A stretch of 64,000 nt of DNA. Source: Glycera tridactyla. Its lineage: Eukaryota. The stretch is taken from NCBI GenBank assembly GCA_965644265.1, contig OZ286476.1, forward strand, positions 57,722,001-57,786,000, given 5' to 3'. This document shows positions 41,488 to 54,647 of the stretch, piece by piece (position 1 is the first letter of the stretch; the number at the start of each line of letters is the position of its first letter). The notes under the pieces were generated by a model. It worked only from the letters and a program-made list of their open reading frames with translations, did no database searches and had not been told where the DNA came from. Made by a program: the position numbers and the translations under genes.

Positions 41488-41750
41488 TACATTCAAACCT
41501 GCCTTCGAAGACCACCCCTAGTCGCACCAGGATGATGTCTTTGTAGACATGTGGTCTCTGTAGAGAAGTCGTTCTCTGTAGAACATACTATTGTGGTCAC
41601 CACTCAGGATGGCCTCTATGGCTCGTCTCCACCTTTGTAGAGTGATGTTCTCATGGGCAGGTTCAACATCACCACTCAGGATGGCCTTTGTAGGCGGGTG
41701 GCCTTTACATGAAAGTGGTCTTTCAGGCAAATTTATCTGTATATCTCGTC
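41488..41750. mobile_element. MITE-like element (same family), orthologous to 57659-57915
   Basis: TACATTCAAACCTG start and GGTCTT/GGTGGCC motifs. It sits at the same position in both segmental-duplication copies, so it predates the duplication. Confidence 0.5.
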
Positions 41751-42390
41751 TAGATACTGGCCATGAGACTGGTTTAGTGCAAGTGATGCCCCCTGGGCGG
41801 ATATAACATATAGAGCGTCGGCCCTCTCATTAATACTCACTTCTCCTGTTATATTAGGAAGCTCTGTCACTTCATTCCTCTTTAAATTCGAGCATTTGGT
41901 ATATACACTGACATTTGTGCAATCCAGTGACATCAAAACATAACGGTGTCTCGTCTTTGAAGAAGAGACGCCATGACCCTAATGTATTTGCTTGTACAGT
42001 CATATGAGTGGAGCTTTTATGTCTGATCACTGAATTTGGTGGTCGCCTGTTCATGTTGGTCTGCGGGTCAATACAGATCAGTTGAAAACATTCATTTATC
42101 TCATTCCTTGGGGGTATAGAACCGAGAAGATAACGTTGACTATATGTGTGAACCACTCTACGATCACAACTAGTAATGTAGCCACATACTCATTCATACT
42201 TGAGTGATGCAAAGTCACAAAGTTCAGATAATTTGTCCAGTCTCCCTCACGCTCCGTGTGAGGAACCCATATTACAGAACTCTATGTGATGGAGCAGATC
42301 TGACATTCAGTGGAGGAGCTTGCCAGCCCATTATAATCAATCTATAACCTGCGGTGGATAAGCCTGGGATGATATTAGTCATTAGCTAGC

Positions 42391-45300
42391 TTGTATCCGA
42401 CCGGGATATTACATCAGCACCGCACACATGTGGTTCAACAGGTCACCAGTGGCCGGAGAATCATCCAAGAATGCAGTATCCCACTATGGTTACTTGTATC
42501 TGACCGGGATATTACATAAGCACAGCGTAGTGATTGCCTTCACTCATGGGGACATGTGGTTCAACAGGTCACCAGTGGCCGGAGAATCATCCAAGAGTGA
42601 AGAATCTCACTATGGTTACTTGTATCTGACCGGGATATTACACAAGCACAGCGTAGTGATTGCCTTCACTCATGGGGACATGTGGTTCAACAGGTCACCA
42701 GTGGCCGGAGTATCATCCAAGAGTGCAGAATCTCACTATGGTTACTTGTATCTGACCGGGATATTACATAAGCACAGCGTAGTGATTGCCTTCACTCATG
42801 GGGACATGTGGCTCAACAGGTCACCAGTGGCCGGAGTATCATCCAAGAATGCAGTATCCCACTATGGTTACTTGTATCTGACCGGGATATTACATAAGCA
42901 CAGCACACTGATTGCCTTCACTCATGGGGACATGTGGTTCAACAGGTCACCAGAGGCCGGAGAATCATCCAAGAATGCAGTATCCCACTATGGTTACTTG
43001 TATCTGACCGGGATATTACATAAGCACAGCGTAGTGATTGCCTTCACTCATGGGGACATGTGGTTCAACAGGTCACCAGTGGCCGGAGAATCATCCAAGA
43101 GTGAAGAATCTCACTATGGTTACTTGTATCTGACCGGGATATTACATAAGCACAGCGTAGTGATTGCCTTCACTCATGGGGACATGTGGTTCAACAGGTC
43201 ACCAGTGGCCGGAGTATCATCCAAGAGTGCAGAATCTCACTATGGTTACTTGTATCTGACCGGGATATTACATAAGCATAGCGTAGTGATTGCCTTCACT
43301 CATGGGGACATGTGGTTCAACAGGTCACCAGTGGCCGGAGTATCATCCAAGAATGCAGTATCCCACTATGGTTACTTGTATCTGACCGGGATATTACATA
43401 AGCACAGCACACTGATTGCCTTCACTCATGGGGACATGTGGTTCAACAGGTCACCAGAGGCCGGAGAATCATCCAAGAATGCAGTATCCCACTATGGTTA
43501 CTTGTATCTGACCGGGATATTACATAAGCACAGCACACTGATTGCCTTCACTCATGGGGACATGTGGTTCAACAGGTCACCAGTGGCCGGAGTATCATCC
43601 AAGAATGCAGTATCCCATGATGGTTACTTGTATCTGACCGGGATATTACATAAGCACAGCGTAGTGATTGCCTTCACTCATGGGGACATGTGGTTCAACA
43701 GGTCACCAGTGGCCGGAGAATCATCCAAGAGTGCAGAATCTCACTATGGTTACTTGTATCTGACCGGGATATTACATAAGCACAGCGTAGTGATTGCCTT
43801 CACTCATGGGGACATGTGGTCCAACAGGTCACCAGTGGCCGGAGTATCATCCAAGAATGCAGTATCCCACTATGGTTACTTGTATCTGACCGGGATATCA
43901 CATAAGCACAGCACACTGATTGCCTTCACTCATGGGGACATGTGGTTCAACAGGTCACCAGTGGCCGGAGTATCATCCAAGAATGCAGTATCCCACTATG
44001 GTTACTTGTATCTGACCGGGATATCACATAAGCACAGCGTAGTGATTGCCTTCACTCATGGGGACATGTGGTTCAACAGGTCACCAGTGGCCGGAGAATC
44101 ATCCAAAAATGCAGTATCCCATAATGGTTACTTGTATCTGACCGGGATATTACATGAGCACAGCGTAGTGATTGCCTTCACTCATGGGGACATGTGGTTC
44201 AACAGGTCACCAGTGGCCGGAGTATCATCTGAGAATGCAGTATCCCACTATGGTTACTTGTATCTGACCGGGATATTACATAAGCACAGCACACTGATTG
44301 CCTTCACTCATGGGGACATGTGGTTCAACAGGTCACCAGTGGCCGGAGAATCATCCAAGAATGCAGTATCCCATAATGGTTACTTGTATCTGACCGGGAT
44401 ATTACATAACCACAGCGTAGTGATTGCCTTCACTCATGGGGACATGTGGTTCAACAGGTCACCAGTGGCCGGAGTATCATCCAAGAATGCAGAATCTCAT
44501 GGGGACATGTGGTTCAACAGGTCACCAGTGGCCGGAGTATCATCCAAGAATGCAGTATCCCACTATGGTTACTTGTATCTGACCGGGATATTACATAAGC
44601 ACAGCACACTGATTGCCTTCACTCATGGGGACATGTGGTTCAACAGGTCACCAGTGGCCGGAGAATCATCCAAGAATGAAGTATCCCACTATGGTTACTT
44701 GTATCTGACCGGGATATCACATAAGCACAGCGTAGTGATTGCCTTCACTCATGGGGACATGTGGTTCAATAGGTCACCAGTGGCCGGAGAATCATCCAAG
44801 AGTGCAGAAACTCACTATGGTTACTTGTATCTGACCGGGATATTACATAAGCACAGCACACTGATTGCCTTCACTCATGGGGACATGTGGTTCAACAGGT
44901 CACCAGTGGCCGGAGTATCATCCAAGAGTGCAGTATCCCACTATGGTTACTTGTATCTGACCGGGATATTACATAAGCACAGCACACTGATTGCCTTCAC
45001 TCATGGGGACATGTGGTTCAACAGGTCACCAGTGGCCGGAGTATCATCCAAGAATGCAGTATCCCACTATGGTTACTTGTATCTGACCGGGATATTACAT
45101 AAGCACAGCGTAGTGATTGCCTTCACTCACGGGGACATGTGGTTCAACAGGTCACCAATGGCCGGAGAATCATCCAAGAGTGCAGAATCTCACTATGGTT
45201 TCTTGTATCTGACCGGGATATTACATAAGCACAGCGTAGTGATTGCCTCCACTCATGGGGACATGTGGTTCAACAGGTCACCAGTGGCCGGAGTATCATC

Positions 45301-46180
45301 CAAGAATGCAGTATCCCACTATGGTTACTTGTATCTGACCGGGATATCACATAAGCACAGCGTAGTGATTGCCTTCACTCATGGGGACATGTGGTTCAAC
45401 AGGTCACCAGTGGCCGGAGTATCATCCAAGAATGCAGTATCCCACTATGGTTACTTGTATCTGACCGGGATATTACATAAGCACAGCACACTGATTGCCT
45501 TCACTTATGAGGATATGTGGTTCAACAGGTCACCAGTGGCCGGAGTATCATCCAAGAATGCAGTATCCCACTATGGTTACTTGTATCTGACCGGGATATT
45601 ACATAAGCACAGCGAAGTGATTGCCTTCACTCATGGGGACATGTGGTTCAACAGGTCACCAGTGGCCGGAGTATCATCCAAGAGTGCAGAATCTCACTAT
45701 GGCTACTTGTATCTGACCGGGATATTACATAAGCACAGCGTAGTGATTGCCTTCACTCATGGGGACATGTGGTTCAACAGGTCACCAGTGGCCGGAGTAT
45801 CATCCAAGAATGCAGTATCCCACTATGGTTACTTGTATCTGACCGGGATATTACATAAGCACAGCGAAGTGATTGCCTTCACTCATGGGGACATGTGGTT
45901 CAACAGGTCACCAGTGGCCGAAGAATCATCCAAGAATGCAGAATCTCACTATGTTTACTTGTATCTGACCGGGATATAACATAAGCACAGCACACTGATT
46001 GCCTTCACTCATGGGGACATGTGGTTCAACAGGTCACCAGTGGCCGGAGAATCATCCAAGAGTGCAGAATCCCACTATGGTTACTTGTATCTGACCGGGA
46101 TATTACATAGGCACAGCACACTGATTGCCTTCACTTATGAGGACATGTGTTTCAACAGGTCACAGGTGGCCGGAGTATTG
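42391..46180 (+). repeat. 126-bp tandem array (~30 units, one 63-bp half unit)
   Basis: Unit starts at 42428 and 42554 give a 126-bp period. The + frame reads as a 42-aa repeat over 1183 codons (27x42+21+28). Confidence 0.97.
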
Positions 46181-46352
46181 TCCCATGATGCAGGGGTGCA
46201 TCACACGGTAGTGTACATATATTCAAGAATGATGAGTGTCGTGTTCATATCCATGTTTACGGGGTAAAGGTGTGTTTGACTTGTCAGCTACTTCCACTCG
46301 GCAACCTTTCAGGGTCACCATCATCTTATGCTAAGGGATTGTGGGAGGGTTC

Positions 46353-46618
46353 AGTGGACAAAACATCTAGAATACAACAAACATAAGTTGACAAAACATC
46401 TAGAATACAACAAACATAAGTTGACAGAACATCTAGAATACAACAAACATAAGTTGACAGAAAATCCAGAATATAACAAACATAAGTTGACAGAACATCT
46501 AGAATACAACAAACATACGTTGACAGAACATCTAGAATATAACAAACATAAGTTGACAGAACATCTAGAATATAACAAACATAAGTTGACAGAACATCTA
46601 GAATACAACAAACATAAG
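46353..46618. repeat. 33-bp minisatellite (~8 units)
   Basis: Unit TGACAGAACATCTAGAATACAACAAACATAAGT. The paralogue at 58808-58937 has ~4 units. Confidence 0.94.
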
Positions 46619-47392
46619 AACACTAATCTTTGGGTTGATACACGCCTTGAAATACTATTAGAACAAATTCAATTGAAGAGGTATGGGCACATTTAATTAT
46701 CATGGCATTGGTGATCTATATTGTCACGTTGTGGGGATTCTTTAAATTTTGTTGGTTTATGTGGTGTGGGTACTCTCGGTTGTTGTTTTTCAGGAGTTAT
46801 CAATTGGTGTGGATGGCTTCATCTTGCATTTAACAACAGGTATGGCGTTATAGAGTGAGGGCTCTCTCGATTCTATGACATTCAGTGCAGGCCCTCCGCC
46901 GGAAGCAACCCCACCCTAGTGACCTCTAGATTGAGACCTCTATCTCCCTCACTGACCTCATTATCCGAGGCTAATAGAATTCACAATCATATTAGGTTGC
47001 CATTGCAAAGCTTAAATTGTCTCATATTGGTATAGATTCCAGTAATCCAAGATAAGTCAATACAAACAATGAGTGATCCTGGCGTAGTTCATTTGCTTCA
47101 ATCCATTGAAATAAGGTGTCCCACTCCAGGAATACCCAGTGTATGATGCATTTACATCAGACATTTCTACAGGCCTTTAGAATTAAGCAGATTGATATGA
47201 TGGCATTAGAGATGAGGGCAGGGTAGAGTGCTAGTCTGATGTTTTCATCCATCATCCTGGGAGCCGGTCTCATTATTTGAGGGATAATCTCTTTTATCAA
47301 GATTAGATAGTTGGCATATGCCTCACATGGCCATACATCTCACTCTACTGCATCCCCCGACCCCACCAAGTGCGGCTTACTCCAACTGTTAA

Positions 47393-47745
47393 AGGTGTGG
47401 CTGACTTTACTTGATAGAAATAAGGCTGACTTCGTTTGATGCAACCATAGGGCATACAGACACATGCAAGCACAAGAGAGGATGTTCAAAATTCAATCAC
47501 AGGCAGATGGATGCGCATCGCCAAGATTCGACCGATCCCCCATGAATAGATAACAGCAGCACTGGGAGATCAGAACCCTCAGGTTCCGACAGTGGTACTG
47601 GACTGAGATCAGTGAAAACAGTCAAACAAGCAAACAAACAAGTGTGACTGACTCGACTTGATGCAGGTGTGGCTGACTCCATTTGATGCAAGTGTGGCTG
47701 ACTTGTTGCAAGTGTGGCTGACTTGATGCACGTGTGGCTGACATC
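47393..47745. repeat. Degenerate GTGTGGCTGACTTGATGCA minisatellite
   Basis: About five variable units at 47640-47745 plus relics near 47393-47445. Confidence 0.7.
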
Positions 47746-48860
47746 CCTTGTCCTACCCCCATTACCCAGTAGATAAACTATAATAATGACCAGGATTATT
47801 CACAGTAAGAGCCTAATAGTGTATTAACCAAGCGGGTCTGTCGCATATGCTATGAAATAAGGACTGACTGCGGATCATGGGCCTACATCCTGCCCCTTCT
47901 CTCGTCTCGTAATGCTGGATCATTGGCTAGTCGTGACCTGAATGCACTGATGCCTTGTTCTATCTACGCGTGATGCTCCAGGTGTCACCAGGTTGGTGTG
48001 AGACGACAGATGATGGAGACGAAAGACAACTGATCCATGTGATCGATAAACCACCACACTCGGCACATACAACATTGGCTCACCAGGAATTCAAGGCAGA
48101 CATGGCCTATGGGTGAATGGCAGAACATTTCATCTGAATCTAATAATACCCTATCAAGTGTAGATTCAACCTGTGTTTGTTAAAGAATTGTTGTTATTCA
48201 TTAAAGTGATTGATCATACATCCGGGTTCTGTTCGCTGGGAGAGAATCTTTTATCATTTTCCCATAGGTCGGTGCGTGGTGTGTGATACCTCAGAAGGAA
48301 AGCTTGTGTTTTGATAGAGGTCAAATCGATACTGTCTGACTGTGTTACATCTCCATGATAGTCATAGTCCTGGGGGAGTCATGCAGTATGGGGGTCTGTC
48401 ATTCATCTTGTCTACTGAATGTCTGCTCCAATGGTCCTATTCAGTCTGCAGTTGTAGTACACCTTGTTTCTCCCGGTATATACCTTAACTTGAACGTCAT
48501 ACGATTTTTTTTATCCTCACCGTTATAGACAACAATGGTAGGGGCGGAACTTGCCAAGATATTCTTTAATCGTTGGAACATGGTAATAATAGAATATGAT
48601 CGGATCGATTAGAATAAGCTTCTGTACACTCAGTGGCGCATGATTGGATATTGAACCCAGTCCTAGGGCTATCCCGAATTGCCATTCTTTTGTTGGGGTG
48701 GGCAGCCACAGACCATCTTGGTTGAGGTCCTTCTCACTTTAATATTAGAGACATTCTTCAGTAGAGAGAGTGATCTGATCTCCGAGTATGGTTGAGAAAC
48801 GAGAAGGCCACCTCTACAGTCAAACCGGCTATAAAAGCCTCCTCTCCAGTCAGAGAGAAA

Positions 48861-49040
48861 GCCTGCCTTGGTAGCTCAGTGGTAGCATGCTGGGCCGGCA
48901 TGCAATGGGTCTGGGGTTCAATCCCCGGTTTTACCATGCAGTAATGTTTCGCCCTTCATCTTCGCTCCTCCTTGGCAGGTGGTCTGATTTAGCCTACTCA
49001 AGTGCAGAAAGTGGACCTAAAACCATAACATTTCTTTTTC
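48861..49040 (+). mobile_element. tRNA-derived SINE
   Basis: Same family: TAGCTCAGTGG A-box, GGTTCAATCC B-box and the shared body. It is absent from the paralogous site near 34.66 kb. Confidence 0.87.
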
Positions 49041-51162
49041 TGCAGTCAGACCTGTTAAAATGGCAACCTTCACATTCAACCACGTTCTGACTACCTTCAG
49101 TCAAACCTGCTTTGAAAGATGCCTCCAGTCATGCCTGCTCTGAGGCCAGATCTACAGTTGAACCAGGACTGGACGCCCTCTCTACCGTCAGCCCTCCTCT
49201 AGAGACCACCTCCAGGTAAAACTGCCCTGAAGGTCCTCTCTTTCTGGCAGGTGAGGGGGTTGTTTGGTGTGTGACCCATGAGTCATTTAGCTGTCAGGTG
49301 AGTGTGAGTGGTGGAAGGCTGGCTTACCGACTACAAGCATAATGCTGCCATCCCTTCTCTCATCTTCTTCACCATCAGCCAGTCGCTGTCTTTGCCCTCT
49401 GCTCACCGACATGCTCACAAGATCAGTAGTAAGAGGCAGCCAGCGTGGCCAGTAAATAAAAGAATATTGCTTCATAAAACTTGAGTTACGACATCCTGAG
49501 CCATAGAAACCTGCCCCCTGCTCACCTTTTCCACCATCCCTGGCTCCCGGCCAGATCAGACCATGCTTCCCTCCTCCTTCATATTAAACTGTTTATGGTG
49601 TTATGCTGGATTCGCATAACACCATGTGTTTCATTGTTACATTGCCACAATCTTTATGATCAAGCACTGATTCAAAAGACAGAATATAACACCGATTTCT
49701 ACAGAGTTGACGAAGTAGACTGTAACATTCCCCATTTTAGGTGCTGCGCTTTGCAGAAAAAAACTTTTCTATCAAGCTTGGGGCCAGTCACATAGTTAGA
49801 TTTGCCATGGTCAGGTTTATTATGTTTTTTGTAGAGTAGGTAGAGAACTGTCAGCTACTTCCACTTGACAACCTTTCAGGTTCCCCATCATCTTGTGTTC
49901 AGGGTTTGTGAGAGTGATGTCTGCAGGGTAGAGAGCATCTAGCTTTCATCAACCAGGAAAACATGGCATACATAACCCTAGTGTTGTGTATGTATAAAAC
50001 TCTCAGTTATATAGGAATACGCCCATCGCTGACAACAGATGGCGTTTTATGATGTCCCTGAGCAGACCATTGAGTGGCTGGCCCCCAGAGTGGAATAGCT
50101 TACCACCCCTCAGCGGGTACGGATAGAAAACAAGAACCTCGCTAAATATCAGTAAAACTCACGAAATATATAATCTCAACATAACCACTATCGAAGGACG
50201 TAAGACAAATATTGGTCCGGGACATGCGACATATTAGGAAAAAGCATTTCAAGTACTGTTTGAAACAACCCAAGAGAAATTGCATTTGATCATGTTATTA
50301 TTTCCCTGTGTATATTGTGTGTCAGATCCAACAATCTTGTGTTCAGGGATTGTGAGAGTGATACCTGCAGGTGAGAGAATATGTAGCTTTCGTTGTCTAG
50401 GAACAAATGACATAGAGGATGCTCTGGGTTGAGACATGTAGGTGAAGCCCAAACAAATGGCAGCTTCGGAATATGTATATGTGATGATGATGATTCTGTG
50501 TAACATAGGTCATGTAGTACGAGGGGTATATAGTAACCTGCATGCAAACACAAGCCAATGATGATATCATGGTGAGTCAATCTCATTCTCTACACAACAG
50601 CTGCCGAGTGAGATGTTCTTTTCGTACATTAGCGCCTTCATTGATGATAAAAGGGCAAGTCAGTCATATCATCCTCTACTCAACAGCTGCTAAATGAAAT
50701 GCTCTCTTCGTTCATTAGAGCTATCAGATCGTATCATCAAGGAAATTTATTGAAACTAGATTGTTGGTGGAAACTTCTTGAATATGGCTGTGATCGTACA
50801 TCATATGGGATGGCCCCATAACGCAATCAGAACTACAGACAAGGGCTGGGAAGATGGATCGGCCGCCGATTGAACATCACTCAATATCCAGATTGAATAC
50901 AGGGACATGTCAGAGTGTGCGGGTGTGGGTATGGTTGTGGGTGGCTACAGGTGGTGGGTGGATGTGTGGGTGGGTGGGTAGTGCGTGGGTATGGTTATGA
51001 GTTGACGTATTTGCTGAATATTCAAGGTGCTATAGTTGGCCCCATTTGTGTCATGTCGAAAAGCATGTGTTGGGCACAGTGTACCTGGCTCTCGGCAGAT
51101 CTGAGAACGACTCAACATGAATGAGAAATTCACTCCAGATTCCGATGCTCCCTCCCTCCTCC

Positions 51163-51164
<2 letters not shown>

Positions 51165-51246
<82 letters not shown>
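51165..51246. repeat. (CA)n microsatellite
   Basis: Directly visible. Confidence 0.93.
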
Positions 51247-51248
<2 letters not shown>

Positions 51249-53339
51249 CGAGAGAGGTATCCGTCTTTCTGAGGAGGCCCGTTATGAGAGCTGGTGTGAT
51301 CACCCACTTTGATAGCTTTTTTAAGTACCTAAGCGACAAAACTTGACGGTGGGCCCCACTGTGCTGGTTCTTGAAAAGCTTTTTTAATTCCGTCCAGATA
51401 ATTTCTGGGTAACTCATCGAAAACAGGCAGGGGAGAGTTAGAGGAAGAAACAGGAATTAAATACAAAAAGAATGAGGAAGGGAGAGACAGACGAGAATTA
51501 TGTATATAAACACAAGAGAGGGGGACAGTCAAGAAGTAAATACAAGCCACAGAGAGAGATAGAACGGGAGAGAGAGGGGGGGGGGATATAGTGAAAGAGA
51601 GAGGGGTGAGAGAGATAGAAATACAGATAGACAGAAAGACAGACAAACAGACAGACAGACTTAAGCGGGTGCCATCCCCTATGCTGACCTGTGATCTGTG
51701 AGCTGCCATGAAACCCGTTCACTGAGGTAAGACTATCTTCATGTATCCCATCAGTTCCCCTCATATTGCAAAGTTCTCCATGCACATACGAGTGACTGTG
51801 GTTATTTGAGATCAACACTCAGCTAAACGAACATCAGCAACTGTAGATTTCTCGCATTGCTATCTGGGCGTGGACCCTGGTCCCTGAAGCAGAACAAACG
51901 TAGGGCCTTCAGTATAGATAGACTGAAAACTTGCTGTATAGATTTACACCTCTGGCCTACATCCTTACACATATGACATGAAGGTGAGTGAATAGACCGA
52001 TCGATTGGTGCCAAGGTTAGTAGGTATCATGAATAGTTAGGTTGGTATCTTAGGGAAATTTCATGGGTGGGTGAGTGGGTGTCTATGGTTGGTTTGGTGC
52101 ACTGCAAATGCACGGTAAGCCTAAAGACCACAGGTTTCTATATTGTTCCGTGAGGTGGCAGACCACATACGCCAGGACTTAACTGCGATCTATCGATTGT
52201 AAGCCACATGAAGTTGCATTTGCCGCAGGTTATTCATTTGATCTCACGATGAAAATAATGTTTCTCACGTTCTCGTAACTTCCATATATCCACTAGGACC
52301 AGCTCAATGCTCATAGCATCAACTCATATCTGCACGCTGTTTTCAAAGCGTCTATTATTGAAGCCACGGATTATATCCATTCATCATTTGGTGCTATCAA
52401 TGGATATAGCTCGATGACAGAATCGCTGCTATCCAAGGGCCACGCAGCTGGGTTTATATCATAGAACACACACTGGTTGCTACTTTTGGAGCAGGCTTCC
52501 CTCTCTACAAATGCGAGACTCTCTCGTAAAGCGGTCCTCACTGGTCCCATTCATATACATAGTACCAACCCCCTACTTTTCAAATGGCCACCCACCAAAA
52601 TTGGCAGTCAGTACTCAGTAGGGGTCAGACTGTCATAGGGGTCAGCACTTTGTGGGGTCCCCAGAATCAGAAGTCGATGAAGTCATATGGGGATCAGTGT
52701 AGACCGAGTGAGCAGTGGATCTTCGGTGCACGAGGGGTTAGTAGGGGTCAGTACTTGATTGGGACTATTATTCTGGGGGTCAGTACCCAGCGGAGACTAC
52801 CATCCCAGAAAATAGTACCCAATGACCATCCCATTAATTTTCAAACCCGTCGCTTCTTTCTGAAAGGTTCATTTGCACACCTCACATGTACAACATGAAA
52901 TTCCAGCATTTTGCGTCAAAACAAAATAAAATCGTCCGGTATTCCTGTCATCCGCAAAAATGTATCCCACCAAATATTGTCTCATAAAATCCATTTCCTG
53001 CCATATGACTTTTCTCAGGATCAAATATACATGTTTCATTGATCTATATGGCTGCTCGCGGTGGTTGATGACTTAACACAATGGTTGCTAGATGCAGGCT
53101 CGACTGTACTCAACTTGTATTGGTGGTTCCCCATGCCGTGGTTTGTACAGGAAGATTTGCATTTTCACACTCGACGTATTTTGTAAAGCACTCCTACAGA
53201 GGCTGTCTATTGCAGCTGTGAGAAATCGTACACTGGCAAATAGACTTGGATCCGTCTACATGATTCACTCCTGGCTGAAAGGATTGTACCGTGGTTTGTA
53301 TTGTCATACTCATTATGTTTATTAGCAAGACGAACAAGA

Positions 53340-53595
53340 TGGAAGAATTAGGGCTGGCTGGAGATGAGGCTGGTTATCAGTGGTTGATAGGAGAGTTAGG
53401 TGATTACATGAAAGGGTGGCGATTGCAACCCATAGCATCCCTCATACCGGTATCTGAGCAGAGAGTGGGCGGTCACATCACAAGGCAGCTTGGCATCACG
53501 CAACAAGAACTACTTCAGACAGAGATGGACAAAAACTGCGAGTATCAGTGTTGACGGGAAGTCATAGAGCAGGAGACCGCCATCCATCCTGAATG
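53340..53595 (+). pseudogene. Possible death-fold domain relic
   Basis: HITRQLGITQQELLQTE...YQC*REVIEQETAIHP resembles a death-domain core. It has the same CWxExIxxxxxxHP spacing as the minus-strand segment at 2590-2830 if TGA derives from TGG. Resemblance judged by eye only. Confidence 0.3.
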
Positions 53596-54465
53596 GCCGT
53601 CATATATTATTCACACCAGACACACGCTGTCATCGGGGGGGGGGGGGGGGGTCGATATCATGGCAATAGCCACACACACATGATAAATCACAGTCCAGCC
53701 TACAGCAAAGCCAGTGTAATGTCATTATGTTTTATAGCTTGTCAGTTGAGACCAGCCAATCATCCGTCAACTATTCTAGGGCTCTACATTGGCCAAAATG
53801 TCCAGGAGCCAGCTGGCGCGTAAATTGAAATATTTGGTAACCATTGCAAAATTTTGGTGGCCAGTCGATACATTGCCAATTACAACATCTTGAAATTTCA
53901 GGAGCGGCTGGCTTCTAACTTTTAAAGTATGGTAGACAGAGTGTAAATTTACTAGCAATTGGCCACCTATACATAGGTAGCAACATAGAGACCTGCATCT
54001 TACCTCATGATGAATCAACCACTTGTTACTTACGCTTCGTTTATCACACCCCTATCACAAAGATCGGATCGCTAGTGATCTTATCCTGAATATAAGAATG
54101 AATGCTTGAAGAGTCTTATCCCACTTTTAATCCTACACTGAGCCTAATGTCAGAGCATCTCCTCGTTGAACTCGTAGATCAATGTCGACCAGTTTTATTC
54201 GAGAATCTCTCATGACATGATCGTTGTAGCTGTCATTTACAGAATTGCCGCTATGAGAGCACTATCATCAACTTCTCAATTATCACAAATGATCTGTGTT
54301 CAGGGTTCATGTGGGTGACGTTTGCAGAGAAGAGAACATCAAGCTTTCATTGGCCAGCATATATATTTCCTATGGGTTGATACAAGCCGTCACACTTCAG
54401 ACAAACGAATCAAGGATGATCTTTGTGATGTCGATCTGAAGTGTTAAAACAATAGATCCATTGAG

Positions 54466-54647
54466 TACAGTTGAACCCGCTAGAGAGGCCACCTTCATAC
54501 ATAGACCACCTTCCTACAAAGGTCACCCTTAGGCGTGGCCATGATAGTTCATTCTACAGTGAAGAACCTCTCCGAAAAGACCACCTTCCTACAGATATCA
54601 CTTTGTGATGCAGCCAAGGGTGGTCTTCGTGGACAGACTCTATTGTA
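54466..54647. mobile_element. MITE-like element (same family)
   Basis: TACAGTTGAACCCGC start, repeated GACCACC, and GGTGGTCTT...TATTGTA end. Confidence 0.55.

Larger units (their letters stand above)
34500..46718 (+). repeat. Segmental duplication copy 1 (paralogous to ~48690-59035)
   Basis: Colinear homologous blocks: 34520/48703, 35505-36350/49245-49985, 36575-37050/49995-50460, 39650-40330/55130-55960, 40880-42400/57020-58540, 46190-46718/58630-59035. Homology ends at ATGGCATTGGTGATCTAT. The middles (38.3-39.5 kb vs 50.7-54.3 kb) differ. Confidence 0.88.

Noticed and set aside
30471-46618. CRISPR-like interpretation of the regular arrays
   Set aside because: The units are contiguous with no unique spacers, there are no cas genes, and the context is eukaryotic.
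4851-49040. SINE heads as tRNA genes
   Set aside because: A and B boxes are present, but there is no complete cloverleaf and each head is fused to a shared non-tRNA body.
1633-51709. ORF-track entries made of CV/HT/SFIH/QSIN repeats or spanning N-gaps
   Set aside because: Artifacts of microsatellites and undetermined bases.
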